Of a DNA stretch of 64,000 bases, positions 1 through 10,006 are shown one piece after another. The stretch spans positions 192,001 through 256,000 of IMG/VR virus record IMGVR_UViG_3300045988_139374; one strand, given 5' to 3'. Position numbers and translations under genes: made by a program. The notes under the pieces are model-generated. The model was not told the DNA's origin and did not search any database. It saw only the letters and a list, made by a program, of their open reading frames with translations. Position 1 is the stretch's first letter. Each line of letters opens with the position of its first letter. The stretch is from a virus.

Positions 1-118
1 CTTCTTCAACAATATGCTGATTAAATTCATTAATGGACTTTTGGCGAGCAAGCTTTGCTGCTTCTTCCTTAGCCTTACGCTGTTCAGCAAGATACTGACG
101 ATCTTCTCTAAGACTCAT
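1..118 (-). CDS. hypothetical protein, N-terminal fragment (gene runs off the left edge)
   Basis: ATG at 118-116 (minus) 8 nt downstream of AGGAGG (minus, 132-127). Frame open to position 1. K/E/A-rich (MSLREDRQYLAEQRKAKEEAAKLARQK..). Confidence 0.55.
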   Translation of the reverse strand, partial: MSLREDRQYLAEQRKAKEEAAKLARQKSINEFNQHIVEE

Positions 119-142
119 TGTATAATCCTCCTAGATTTATTA

Positions 143-3100
143 TTAAATTTCAGAAACATAGATATTGATATCAGGAGCTGTAGTTCCATCCTTTTCAAGA
201 ACATTATTTACATTCAAGAATTCAGGAGCAACATGAATAGGAATCTTAGAATCATCCAGCTTATAAATATGCTGGACATCTGCACCATAATCATTAAACC
301 CTAGATACTCGAAATAAGTAATTTGTTCTTTATAGTTAGTAGTAATCTGTGTAACCAGATTAGGAATATGCAGCTCACTAAGATCATTAAGATCTTCAAT
401 GTAATCCTTAATTTCTTGTACAATATTTCCCTTAGTATAAGAATCATTATCTGCAACCAATTTGACTCTGAAGTATAGAGATAGATTAACCTTATTAATG
501 AATTCAATATTGTCATCGAGCAGACCATTATTGTCTTTATCTTTGATAATATAGAATGTCTTAGAAGGCCCATAAGTATTGAACAGCTTAAAGTCAATTC
601 CGAAAGAATTTTCGAGTCTAATCAGAGCAGATTCGATATATGCTTTTCTATAATTCAAAGCATTGATTGCAGATTGTACAAGAGCTTCATCTTGCGTATA
701 ATCATATCCAATCATCGGAACGGATGCTACATAATAGCCTTTAAGATCCATAGTAGTTGCACTAGTATCAGATTCAGCCTTTTTCACATCGGTTCCATAA
801 GGCTTAACTCTAGATCCCATAATTTCAGAATAGTTATGATACATCGTAACACCATTGACAACGTCATAGGTATTAGTCAATGTCCAATTTCTCAAACCAG
901 GGCAAATAGAATCGAAACCATTTCTTGAATATGTTCCACTAGTATCAGGAATTGCTACTAGAGTGTAAATCTTCATTTCCGTAGTAGGATTGAAGAATCC
1001 ATATTCAGTTGTAGCAGGCTGAGTGCTAGTAGCAGTCAGAATAGTAGGTGTATCAGTAGTTTTGTCAGTATAAGCAATTTGAATATCACCAGAAAAATCA
1101 GTGAGAGAAATTACTTTATAATCAATGATCTTTTCATCTTCATCCTTAATAGGAATTAGAGTAAGAGCACTATTATTACTGACTACCATAGTATCAAACT
1201 CTGTAGGAACTTTGATTCCTAGAGTATTTAGAATAGCAGATAGAGTAACTATTGCACCATTGTTTAGAGTATACTTTGTATCTTTATTACTTTCTCCAGT
1301 AATAGTGACAATATATTCATTCTGACCACAGACTTGTACATTAGTCAGTCTAATATTATTGTCTTGATCAAAGATATCTTCTGCATTAAATTGCTGAGTA
1401 AAAGTGAAAGAGTAGTTACTCTTATCAAAAGACTCTAGATTCAATGCTCTATATCTATAATCAATATTATTACGTCTAAAGACAACAAATGCTTTGATAA
1501 GAGGAACAACCTCATCATCTTCACCTTCAGGAATAACACCAAGATCATCCTGAACAGATTGCATAAGCTCGATTCTTAAAGTATACTTATCTTTTTTATC
1601 TTCACAGAAAGGTCTATTCCAATTAATATTTGTAGAAATAAATTGGATATTAGATTTATCATTTATATAATCGAAATGCAGATAAGGATTCTCTTCCATA
1701 GACATCATATAGAATGCGGAATATAGACGATATCCATTAATATTAATTGCATAGGGATTAGTATAAACAAATCCACGTTTTCCTTCCATAGAAGTTTCAG
1801 TAGGTTCATGCTGATAGTTTTTATCTCCGTACTTGAGATAATTACTAAATGGCAGATAATCCAAACCTCTAGAAAGTTTAATAATAATCTTAGGATTATA
1901 ATTATAGCTAGTAGATCGATAGCTAATCTTATAAGTAATCTGTGTATTGTTTGTAACAGAATTAATCTTATTGACTACTTCGATCTTAGGTACATAGGTA
2001 ATATGAATATCTTTCTTAGTCTGTACTGCACCCTCAGTAACATACATACCATTTTCAATAGCATATACATCTTGAGTTAGATTAATAGTATAAAGCTTAC
2101 TATCAATAACTACATTCAGACTAATAGGTTTATCATCACCAAATTGCTTAGCAATAGTAATGATATATTCATTACCTCTCATACGATTAGTAGGCTTCTC
2201 GGGATCATCAGGATCACCTTCAGCATATTCTACTCCATCGACGATATAATACCAATTGTTCTGAGGACGATCTTCGATAGCAGGAAGTTCATCTTCTTTA
2301 ACAACATTCAGGCTATAATCATTCTTATCATCAGATTCTTGTTGTTCTGCTCCATTAGGAACTCTAGTAGAACTAACGATACCCATGTACCATTCATTTT
2401 CTTTACGATCTTTCAAAGCAGGCATATCCTTTTCAGAAGTAACTTTAAGATCATAATTATCTAGAGTTCCAGCAGGTTTAGTAGAAGCATCTTGATCAGT
2501 TTGCTCTACTTCCATTTCTCTGTAGAACCATTCATTCTTTTCTCGAATGCTTACAGGAGGAATAGTCTCATCTGTAACAACACTGAGCTTATAAGGCTTA
2601 TTAGTTTCACTTTCAGATGGAACTCCTGCTTCAGGATCATTAGGATCCATGATAAGAGGTTTATCTATTGTACCATTAGGAGTTACTGTTACATAATCAG
2701 TATTAGAAGATTTACAATCAGAAATCTCACCAGAAAAATCTAGTGCACTTAGAACAGTAGACAGATTCACCTTAAGATTCTGAACGAGATTATACTGATT
2801 GGACCCATATTTGAAATATGTAATGCCATTAGATTTATCATTCAATCTACGAACGATACCAAAAGTAATCTTAGTATCTTTGGGAAGATCTGTGATAACA
2901 ATAGGTAGGCTACTAAAATGTCTAGTGATCCCATCCACTGTGTAATATGCATCAACAAAATCTAGATTAGAAAGATACTTATCTCTTGCTTGAATGATAG
3001 AATTATCATTCTGAGTAATATATTCAGTAGTGTAGACATATTTCTTACCTACGCCCATTTGAATATAATCTTCTACTTGCTGAGAAGGAGTAGACTCATC

Positions 3101-4663
3101 TTTCTCATAAGTAAATTTGCCGTCAAGAGATCCTGTAGTAGTATCAGGAAATATATGAGTAGCAGAATTACATCCTCCAATTTCTACAGTAGTAGAAAAT
3201 TGTTTCTTTTCTTCTTCTGTAATTTCAATAGTGAAATTACTTTCCACTATATCTCCACGAGAAACAGAAGGTCCAGTGAATTCATATCCATTACCTAGGA
3301 TAGGCATTTCATTAATATATCCTACTCCATCTGTTCCAAGTTTAAAACAAGTTCCAGCAGGCAATAGATATCTAGGAGAATCTACTTCATTAATTCTAGA
3401 CTCAATTAGAGCATCAATAGGAACTTTAATATCAATAGTATTAGAAGGAATGATGTCTCCATTTGTATCTTTTGCTACAAAGTAAGCATAATAGACACGT
3501 TCAATCTGATTATCAATCTTCTTTTGAATGACAATTCTACCATAATCAGAATCAAGCATTCCAAAGTAGTTATTCAGATCTGTAATAGTAGTAAGAGATC
3601 CTCTAGACAAAGCTTCTTTAGGAATAATTCCTTGAAGTTCTTTCTTAGATTTTCTATCAATACCACCAGAAGAATTACTAATAGGAGTAATCAAGCAAGT
3701 GATATTCTTATAGTTATAATTACTCGATTCAAGAGTAGCATAGACATCTTTACCATAAGTAAAGTTTCCACTAGCACCTTGACAAGTCTTTACTAGGCAT
3801 TCAACAGTAGCATTTAGACCAGGCATATAGGACTGCCGGTCAAAACGAACTCTGATAAGATTAGTATCAATATATTGATACCAGCAGTAATACTGAGCAT
3901 TTACATCATCAGGAACTGCACTGCCCTCAAAGACTGGAGTAATATAATAATCTTGATCAGATTCTTTAGAATGAATTTCGAAATAAGCCAATTGATTGGT
4001 AAACTCAAAATTCATAGTCTTATTATCAATGATATTAGAAGTAACCAATTTCTTAGAAACTACATTATGCTCAACCTGAGCAAGGATTGCTGTTAAGTAA
4101 ATATAGTTCTCATGATTTACGTTAACAACTGTAGGAGGGCTAAGATATTGGTTAGCAGAGGTAATAGTAGATGTAGGCACATCTCTATTTGCAGGAATGT
4201 CATATTGAGCAGTATAAGTATTAGTAGCTTTCTTCTCAATATAAATTCTTTTTAGCTTAATATCATATTCCAGATGAAACTCATAATCACCAATCATTAG
4301 AGGACAGTCTCTATCAATTGTGAAAATATTATTTTCATCAAAGTAATCGGTAATATCAGATTCTTTTAGAGCTAGAAATGCTGTCATCTTTGCAGGAACT
4401 GCATTGATGTTTTCGATATTCATCATTATTGCATGAGTAATGACATTTCTTTCTAGTCTTGCTCTAGAGGGAAAGACTTCGTTACACAATTCTCCAGTCA
4501 TCTGAACTTGTGTCTGAAGTCTTTTTGCTTCTAGAGCACCAAGATATCCATATGTACCAATTGCTAAGGTTTCTTCATTTTCATCTGGAAGAAATACTGA
4601 CTTAACATCTTCAACCAGTCTAGACAGGTTGTAGATATCAGAGTTGACTGTTTTCTTTGCCAT
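143..4663 (-). CDS. very large virion structural protein (1506 aa), possibly baseplate wedge/J-like; function uncertain
   Basis: Uninterrupted 1506-codon ORF with AAGGAG upstream of the ATG and a TAA stop. Lies directly downstream of the tube-like gene on the same strand. Contains three tandem ~45-aa repeats. The N-terminus only loosely resembles baseplate J/gp6-type proteins (by eye). Confidence 0.85.
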   Translation of the reverse strand: MAKKTVNSDIYNLSRLVEDVKSVFLPDENEETLAIGTYGYLGALEAKRLQTQVQMTGELCNEVFPSRARLERNVITHAIMMNIENINAVPAKMTAFLALKESDITDYFDENNIFTIDRDCPLMIGDYEFHLEYDIKLKRIYIEKKATNTYTAQYDIPANRDVPTSTITSANQYLSPPTVVNVNHENYIYLTAILAQVEHNVVSKKLVTSNIIDNKTMNFEFTNQLAYFEIHSKESDQDYYITPVFEGSAVPDDVNAQYYCWYQYIDTNLIRVRFDRQSYMPGLNATVECLVKTCQGASGNFTYGKDVYATLESSNYNYKNITCLITPISNSSGGIDRKSKKELQGIIPKEALSRGSLTTITDLNNYFGMLDSDYGRIVIQKKIDNQIERVYYAYFVAKDTNGDIIPSNTIDIKVPIDALIESRINEVDSPRYLLPAGTCFKLGTDGVGYINEMPILGNGYEFTGPSVSRGDIVESNFTIEITEEEKKQFSTTVEIGGCNSATHIFPDTTTGSLDGKFTYEKDESTPSQQVEDYIQMGVGKKYVYTTEYITQNDNSIIQARDKYLSNLDFVDAYYTVDGITRHFSSLPIVITDLPKDTKITFGIVRRLNDKSNGITYFKYGSNQYNLVQNLKVNLSTVLSALDFSGEISDCKSSNTDYVTVTPNGTIDKPLIMDPNDPEAGVPSESETNKPYKLSVVTDETIPPVSIREKNEWFYREMEVEQTDQDASTKPAGTLDNYDLKVTSEKDMPALKDRKENEWYMGIVSSTRVPNGAEQQESDDKNDYSLNVVKEDELPAIEDRPQNNWYYIVDGVEYAEGDPDDPEKPTNRMRGNEYIITIAKQFGDDKPISLNVVIDSKLYTINLTQDVYAIENGMYVTEGAVQTKKDIHITYVPKIEVVNKINSVTNNTQITYKISYRSTSYNYNPKIIIKLSRGLDYLPFSNYLKYGDKNYQHEPTETSMEGKRGFVYTNPYAININGYRLYSAFYMMSMEENPYLHFDYINDKSNIQFISTNINWNRPFCEDKKDKYTLRIELMQSVQDDLGVIPEGEDDEVVPLIKAFVVFRRNNIDYRYRALNLESFDKSNYSFTFTQQFNAEDIFDQDNNIRLTNVQVCGQNEYIVTITGESNKDTKYTLNNGAIVTLSAILNTLGIKVPTEFDTMVVSNNSALTLIPIKDEDEKIIDYKVISLTDFSGDIQIAYTDKTTDTPTILTATSTQPATTEYGFFNPTTEMKIYTLVAIPDTSGTYSRNGFDSICPGLRNWTLTNTYDVVNGVTMYHNYSEIMGSRVKPYGTDVKKAESDTSATTMDLKGYYVASVPMIGYDYTQDEALVQSAINALNYRKAYIESALIRLENSFGIDFKLFNTYGPSKTFYIIKDKDNNGLLDDNIEFINKVNLSLYFRVKLVADNDSYTKGNIVQEIKDYIEDLNDLSELHIPNLVTQITTNYKEQITYFEYLGFNDYGADVQHIYKLDDSKIPIHVAPEFLNVNNVLEKDGTTAPDINIYVSEI
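2240..2610 (-). repeat. three tandem ~45-aa coding repeats inside the 1506-aa gene
   Basis: The three units are PYKLSVVTDETIPPVSIREKNEWFY, DNYDLKVTSEKDMPALKDRKENEWYM and NDYSLNVVKEDELPAIEDRPQNNWYY. Confidence 0.7.
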
Positions 4664-4684
4664 CTGAAATTCTCCTTATCAATT

Positions 4685-5890
4685 TTATTTTTTGCCATAC
4701 CATCTAAGACGATATTTTGCTCTTTCATCTGTAGCTAATTTTCTACCATCAACAAGAGCAGCAACTGGTAATGTACCATCTATTCTTTCAGTGGCTCCAA
4801 TATTATAGGTAGTTTTACCGATTTTTTGAGTAGAGCCACCGAGACTAATAGAAGTATCATAACTATGATTTCTACCATATAGCATATCAGATTTTCTGTT
4901 TTGACGAATAACTGGTAACCAGTTATTTTTGTTAAGTCCATGCTTAGACATAACTCTATTCATCAAAGTATTAAATTGATATAGAATAGTAGGAGTCATA
5001 TCTTCGATAAACGCTGCATCAAAGCTAACAGAGAAAGTTAAGCCGTCAGAAAAAGATGCATCCTGAAATGCATCTCTAGGACAAGATGTTGGGTATACAC
5101 CCCATAAATATGCCCAGTAGATTAGGGTTTCCATATCTTCATCTACAATGAATTTGTATATGCCCATTGTATTATGAAGCTTTTTGTATTGATAATATTT
5201 CATATCTGGAGGAGTTACCAAACCAGATTTTCTAGCAATATGATATTCAGAGTATGCTTTGAAGAATTGGTAAGTATTTAAACTTCTGTCATCTACAAAT
5301 TCTAGAGAGAAAGTATAACTTTCATCAGAAGGTTCTGAATCTTGAAGATATTTGTAAGATGTACCATATATTGTAGCAGGGTTATCCATAGTTTGAGCAC
5401 TAGAAGAATCTAGAGGTAAGCTACTATTAACAGAGAAACTTAATAGATGGCTAAAAGGATCTGGATTATAAACAGCACTCATTTGAAGCTCTTTAATAAC
5501 ATCTGGATTTGTATTAAGCAAACCAGAGAAATATGGAGCAGAAGTTAATTGAGGATTTAATCTCAATCCATTGTTAGAAATAACTCTAGATTTTTGAAAT
5601 CCTCCCATTGTATATAATGTATCAGCTTGTGATTTTCCATATGGTATACATATATGAAGATCAGGTTTCACAAAGAAAAGGTATTCTCTTCCTCCGTTGA
5701 GTCTTCCATATGGATCAAGGACTCTACCAAATCTAGAATACTTATTAAACTTAGCATTGTTAATATCCTTTTTAGAATATAATCCTTGAGAATTTAACAG
5801 CTCATCAGTTACATAAGTAGACGCTTTGGCATTACCACGATCATTAAGTTCTCCATATTGGATAGACTCTTTCGTGTATTGACTAGACAA
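4685..5890 (-). CDS. tail tube family protein (T4 gp19/gp48/gp54-like), 401 aa
   Basis: TTG start 8 nt after AAAAGGAGG. Motifs REYLFFVKPDL, SYTFSLEFVDD and LWGVYPTS..LTFSVSFDAAF parallel the gp19-family pattern RPNLFxV, DWTVTV, GLWPT..FEVTL. AACA-N6-TA motif 34 nt upstream. Confidence 0.75.
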   Translation of the reverse strand: MSSQYTKESIQYGELNDRGNAKASTYVTDELLNSQGLYSKKDINNAKFNKYSRFGRVLDPYGRLNGGREYLFFVKPDLHICIPYGKSQADTLYTMGGFQKSRVISNNGLRLNPQLTSAPYFSGLLNTNPDVIKELQMSAVYNPDPFSHLLSFSVNSSLPLDSSSAQTMDNPATIYGTSYKYLQDSEPSDESYTFSLEFVDDRSLNTYQFFKAYSEYHIARKSGLVTPPDMKYYQYKKLHNTMGIYKFIVDEDMETLIYWAYLWGVYPTSCPRDAFQDASFSDGLTFSVSFDAAFIEDMTPTILYQFNTLMNRVMSKHGLNKNNWLPVIRQNRKSDMLYGRNHSYDTSISLGGSTQKIGKTTYNIGATERIDGTLPVAALVDGRKLATDERAKYRLRWYGKK

Positions 5891-5923
5891 TACTCTTACC
5901 TCCTTTTCTTATATAATAAATAT

Positions 5924-5935
5924 TATACGGATGTT
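5924..5935 (-). promoter_or_regulatory. AACA-N6-TA motif (AR9-type late promoter candidate)
   Basis: Minus strand reads AACA TCCGTA TA. Lies 34 nt upstream of TTG start 5890. Confidence 0.55.
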
Positions 5936-6040
5936 CCAGTACTAACATTATAGAGCCAAATTCGGATATAAAAAGATATTATAAACTTGAGAGAGTATGG
6001 AAACGTATTTTCTCAAATAAAATAAAAGAGGTTGGTAAAA

Positions 6041-6298
6041 ATGGAAATCTGTATTGAATCTATCTTCAGAGATGCAATCCCCTATGTAGTAGACACGGTA
6101 GTATATACCGCCTACGATGCAGGACGCAGATTCGTAGGTAATTATGATAAGCGCCGTGACGTAGGATTTACCCCTTGGCCTTCTGTAAAGGGTTCTTTCC
6201 AAGAGACTAAGCGGTATTATTGTGATACTATCATGGGAAGAACATTTATCGAAGATAAAGCAACCGTATATTTTGTTAATGGAAGGAAGGCAAAATAA
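6041..6298 (+). CDS. hypothetical protein (85 aa), GC-richer codon usage
   Basis: ATG 6041 preceded by AAAGAGG. The ORF-track TTG start at 6032 is less likely. Stop overlaps the next start (TAATG). Confidence 0.7.
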   Translation: MEICIESIFRDAIPYVVDTVVYTAYDAGRRFVGNYDKRRDVGFTPWPSVKGSFQETKRYYCDTIMGRTFIEDKATVYFVNGRKAK

Positions 6299-7083
6299 TG
6301 GATGGAGTAATTGTGATTAGTCCTATTCTCGAGAGTGCAATGAAAAGCACTGCAGTAGAGAAAACTAAAAACAGATTTATTGAACTTTCTGCAGAAGATC
6401 CAAGAGTTGAAGAAGCAATTGATGAGATGTATAAATCATTTGCTTTTGTGGATGGAAATTTTAATAATGGTAATTACAATAGGAATGCTAAAGTAAATCT
6501 TGAAAATGTAGAAGGATATATTCGTGGTAGCAGATTAAAAGAGTTAATGGAAATCTGCGAATATTCTATCGTAATCAATAAAGAAGACGGTAAAGAATAT
6601 GTATCATCAATTAATAAAGAAAGCATTGAAAATATTAATGATGCACATGAGTATATCTTTTATATATATAAAGATACTATCACTGTTGCTGATATGACTT
6701 TATATGCTGAATTAAAATATAAGGCAAGCATCAAAGGAGGAAAGAGCAATAAAAGATGGATATCTACAAAGAATAATAAGCTTACGAATAAAGCTAGAAA
6801 TAGACTTTATAAATCTATGGTATTTATGGATGCATGCTATGATGATGTAACAGATAAAACAAACTGTACATCTTTATTTAGAAAGCCTATTAAAGGTAAG
6901 CTTTGTAAGAAATATTTAAGGCATTGTAAATATCCTGGATCTGGCGGAAGTTTTGAAAATACGGAAGATAATAGATACTATGTTTTGGTAAAATATTATG
7001 ATGCATTGGAAATCAGTGAAGTGTATCATCTTTATGGAAAGAGTGTTGCAGAGATTCATGGTGAATTTAGAGTAATCTATTAA
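6298..7083 (+). CDS. hypothetical protein (261 aa)
   Basis: ATG overlaps the upstream stop. Followed by the strong terminator at 7095-7140. Confidence 0.8.
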   Translation: MDGVIVISPILESAMKSTAVEKTKNRFIELSAEDPRVEEAIDEMYKSFAFVDGNFNNGNYNRNAKVNLENVEGYIRGSRLKELMEICEYSIVINKEDGKEYVSSINKESIENINDAHEYIFYIYKDTITVADMTLYAELKYKASIKGGKSNKRWISTKNNKLTNKARNRLYKSMVFMDACYDDVTDKTNCTSLFRKPIKGKLCKKYLRHCKYPGSGGSFENTEDNRYYVLVKYYDALEISEVYHLYGKSVAEIHGEFRVIY

Positions 7084-7094
7084 TCAAGCAAAAG

Positions 7095-7140
7095 TGCTCT
7101 GGAGCCCAGAAATGGCTCCAGAGCATTATTTTTTATTTTT
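7095..7140 (+). terminator. intrinsic terminator
   Basis: 12-bp stem TGCTCTGGAGCC/GGCTCCAGAGCA followed by a T-rich run. Confidence 0.85.
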
Positions 7141-7141
7141 T

Positions 7142-7153
7142 AACATTAGTATA
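7142..7153 (+). promoter_or_regulatory. AACA-N6-TA motif (late promoter candidate)
   Basis: AACA TTAGTA TA. Lies 37 nt upstream of ATG 7190, just after the terminator at 7095-7140. Confidence 0.55.
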
Positions 7154-7189
7154 ATACTTGGTATTATACCTAAAAAGGAGGTTTTACAG

Positions 7190-8743
7190 ATGGGGAATAC
7201 TCTTCATGAAGCCGGTAGTGATACTGTAGATACTATTGTTCAGATCGCTAAAGGACTTAGCAATGTTGCTACAAATAAAGTTGCTAATAAGAGTGAATAT
7301 TCTTATTCCTCTATTGCAAATGCAGCATCTAAGTTGATTGCTGTTTTTCCTGTTCTTACTAGTCGTACTGTAAGCTTCGATACTGCACGTATGACTTCTA
7401 AGTATATTGAACAAATTTCCTGTCAATTCTTCATGTTTGCTCTACAGCAAGCAAATATTAGTAATGCAAAAGATGGTATTACATATCTAAGACAATTTCA
7501 TCAAAACCTAAATATGGGCGATGATAATACAGATGCTGTTATTGCAGCTATGCAGTCTTGGATTGATGCATATACTAAGGGTACACAAGAAAGTACCACA
7601 TTTGCTGATGCTTTGAATAATGAAGTTCTTAGTGAAGCAATGGTAGATCCTTTTATGATGCAATCTGATGATGTTAAGATCAGTGCTTCTGATATGAGAG
7701 AGCTAATGCATGCTATGCAAGAGAGTGCAAATATTCAGTTCTATGATACTAAGCTGAATCCTCTTTCTATTGACGATTACGTTGTTAGAGAATTTGCTAG
7801 CGGTGACTATAGAGTCACTGTTTCTCCTTATATTCTAAATGAAGCTAAGGCTAATAAGAGGAAAGCAAATAATTCTTATAATGAAAATAAAGAGCAGCAT
7901 CGCCATGAAGAAGAGATGAATAAGATCTTGAATGATCGAATGAAGACTTATCAAAAGGCTCAGTCCGAAAGAGATAAGCAGGATGCTGAAAATGAAAAGC
8001 AGCAAAAAGAAGATCAGAAAAGTACAAGTAGAGACAATGATTGGCGAGATGCAAATAGAATGCATAATAATACTGCATTCCTAAAAGATCAAGATATTAA
8101 GAAGATGAATGATGCTCTTCCTTCTATTTTGATTGTTAAATTCTATCAGAAGAATAGTGACGGTGGAGTTTCTGGTGTTGCTACTGAATTCATTATTGGT
8201 GTTAAGTCTAAAGTTGTTCCTATTACTACTACAGAGATTCTTCGCCGTATTATGAATGATAATAAGGATGGTCAGAAATTCCTTAAGTTCATGAGAGTTA
8301 TTACTGGTGAGCTAAAAGCTTCTGATGTTCTTTTGGGATTGTCTCGTATTACTGACGATGTCAAGTCTTATAAGGTTAAGGGAGCTCGTGGTGATATTTG
8401 GACTCTACTGCAGAATCGTGCAGTAGCAGCCAAAGAACAAGTTCGCTCTGGTAAGCATAATGACTTTTCTGCTATCACTACAGTTCTGATTTCTCAGCAA
8501 GATGCTGATGAACTGTATCGTGAAGAGAACTTTGATATCAATGATCCCAAGAATGCTATTCACTTTATGCAATCCTATAATCTAATGGGATTTGCTATTG
8601 CTGATGATTCTAATGAAGTTCTTCATTTGCTACTAGACAATGGTAGTAAGAATTTTGAAGACATTTCTTATAGAATGCTTGAGAGAGAAACTCAAGATAG
8701 TACTTATAAGAAGCTAATCAATCTGATGGCAGCTTCTAAGTAA
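7190..8743 (+). CDS. hypothetical protein (517 aa), K/E/Q-rich central coiled-coil-like segment; possible virion internal protein
   Basis: ATG 7190 follows AAAAAGGAGG. The ORF-track start at 7094 lies inside the upstream terminator hairpin. AACA-N6-TA at 7142-7153. Confidence 0.85.
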   Translation: MGNTLHEAGSDTVDTIVQIAKGLSNVATNKVANKSEYSYSSIANAASKLIAVFPVLTSRTVSFDTARMTSKYIEQISCQFFMFALQQANISNAKDGITYLRQFHQNLNMGDDNTDAVIAAMQSWIDAYTKGTQESTTFADALNNEVLSEAMVDPFMMQSDDVKISASDMRELMHAMQESANIQFYDTKLNPLSIDDYVVREFASGDYRVTVSPYILNEAKANKRKANNSYNENKEQHRHEEEMNKILNDRMKTYQKAQSERDKQDAENEKQQKEDQKSTSRDNDWRDANRMHNNTAFLKDQDIKKMNDALPSILIVKFYQKNSDGGVSGVATEFIIGVKSKVVPITTTEILRRIMNDNKDGQKFLKFMRVITGELKASDVLLGLSRITDDVKSYKVKGARGDIWTLLQNRAVAAKEQVRSGKHNDFSAITTVLISQQDADELYREENFDINDPKNAIHFMQSYNLMGFAIADDSNEVLHLLLDNGSKNFEDISYRMLERETQDSTYKKLINLMAASK

Positions 8744-8763
8744 GAGAAAGGAGAGATACAAAT

Positions 8764-9915
8764 ATGATCACTAATGCTGACTATATGCAGATCGTAAGTG
8801 AAGCATATGATCTATCTGATCCTTATATTAAGAAGAAAGTTATCTTCTGTAATGAAGCAAAGCGTCAAGAAAATATTGAGAATATTGTTGGTAGACTTTA
8901 TACTCATATTAAGAATGACGTTACTGGAATTGATTTTGGTACTATTCCTAGATCTAAAGGAATTATTACTAAGATTGATAATTATAATGGCCTTATTGAT
9001 TGTATTAATAGCATTCATGATCTGGTTAAGAGCTATAATCAACCTACTAAAAGTGTAGATGAACTAACTACAGCTATTAATAATATTAAGAATAGAGAAA
9101 GAGTATTTACTAAGGCTTTTACTCTTAATATTGAATTCCCAATTATGCTATATAATATGACAGTAACTGCCATTGTAAGTGCTACTTCCCTATTGATGAG
9201 CTCTAGTGTAGAATTCATTAAGAATGGTCATGATTCTTTTACTACTTCTCTAGACAAGGTTGGCTATGTGAAATCTAAGGATCACCTTATGATTGAATAT
9301 GTAAGTCAATTCAATAGAAACTGTGCAAATGGTACTATTGATAAGCTTGTCAATAGTTGTATTAAGAATAATATTACTAATACTAATGAATCTACCATTG
9401 TAGATGCTCAGAACGTAAATAGTGTTAACGAGGGAATCTTTTGGAAAGATAATGATGATGGTACCAAGACTCCTACTGCAGCAACCGCAATTACTGGCGT
9501 AATTATGGGTGCTGGAGCTAAATATATAATTCCTGCTATTGCAAGTAGTCCTCTTGGTATTTTTATCACTGCTGTTATTGGTGCTGGTATTACAGCAGTT
9601 CTTTTCCTATTCTTGTTTAGAAAAGTTGCATTCTTTGTTCTTAAGACACGTATGGATATCTCTGATTGGTTTGAGATTCAAGCAAATTATCTTCAGATTA
9701 ATGCTGAAAATCTTAAGTATCGTGATGATCCTAAGGGTGATGACCATAAGAAGAAAGTCTATGATGCTCAGATGAAATGGGTTGATAGATTCAAGAAAAT
9801 TGCTAATAAACTAGCACTCACTGATTCTAAAGCAAGAAAAGAAACTAATGATAATGATAGAAACGAGTCACACCATTATGAAGATGATGAATCTGATAAT
9901 GGTGGATTATTCTAA
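8764..9915 (+). CDS. hypothetical membrane-associated protein (383 aa)
   Basis: AAAGGAGAG SD. Gly/Ala-rich hydrophobic stretch near the C-terminus (..ITGVIMGAGAKYIIPAIA..LGIFITAVIGAGITAVLFLFLF..) suggests two TM helices. Confidence 0.85.
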   Translation: MITNADYMQIVSEAYDLSDPYIKKKVIFCNEAKRQENIENIVGRLYTHIKNDVTGIDFGTIPRSKGIITKIDNYNGLIDCINSIHDLVKSYNQPTKSVDELTTAINNIKNRERVFTKAFTLNIEFPIMLYNMTVTAIVSATSLLMSSSVEFIKNGHDSFTTSLDKVGYVKSKDHLMIEYVSQFNRNCANGTIDKLVNSCIKNNITNTNESTIVDAQNVNSVNEGIFWKDNDDGTKTPTAATAITGVIMGAGAKYIIPAIASSPLGIFITAVIGAGITAVLFLFLFRKVAFFVLKTRMDISDWFEIQANYLQINAENLKYRDDPKGDDHKKKVYDAQMKWVDRFKKIANKLALTDSKARKETNDNDRNESHHYEDDESDNGGLF

Positions 9916-9933
9916 TTTATAAAATAAAAACTT

Positions 9934-9965
9934 GAGATAGATTCCAAAAGAATCTATCTCATTTC
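9934..9965 (+). terminator. intrinsic terminator (weak T-run)
   Basis: 11-bp stem GAGATAGATTC/GAATCTATCTC, then ATTTC. Confidence 0.55.
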
Positions 9966-9989
9966 ACAAAAAATAATCCCGATATAATC

Positions 9990-9999
9990 GGGGGGGGGG
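9990..9999 (+). repeat. G10 homopolymer in SD position of gene 10007-10987
   Basis: Ten consecutive G, 7 nt upstream of the ATG. Its first three G complete a small hairpin CCCGAT-ATA-ATCGGG (9978-9992). Confidence 0.9.
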
Positions 10000-10006
10000 T
10001 AAAACA

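Noticed and set aside
2477-2491. In-frame box-like sequence GAT GCT TCT ACT AAA (D-A-S-T-K, aa 725-729) in a linker of the 1506-aa structural gene, 13/14 identical to the C8 box variant; considered as a possible acceptor site
   Set aside because: It differs from the otherwise invariant 11-mer at two positions (AGATGCTTCTA versus TGACGCTTCTA), and I found it only by searching for DAS after the fact. It is worth checking in long-read data but is not supportable as a feature.
14-6202. Many 60-140-aa ORFs on the opposite strand or in other frames of the large genes (for example 14-304, 301-597, 674-928, 5948-6202, and similar ones throughout)
   Set aside because: They have I/L/F/S/R-rich low-complexity products and no SD, and they are nested in long, well-supported genes. 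This is expected in AT-rich DNA with few antisense stops.
7094-7189. Longer 5' extensions offered by the ORF track (starts at 6032, 7094, 24727, 30309, 30598, 32453, 35084, 42543, 46483, 50565, 54646, 61142)
   Set aside because: In each case a downstream ATG sits 6-10 nt after a GGAGG-like SD. The extended start lies in a terminator, in the upstream gene, or has no SD.
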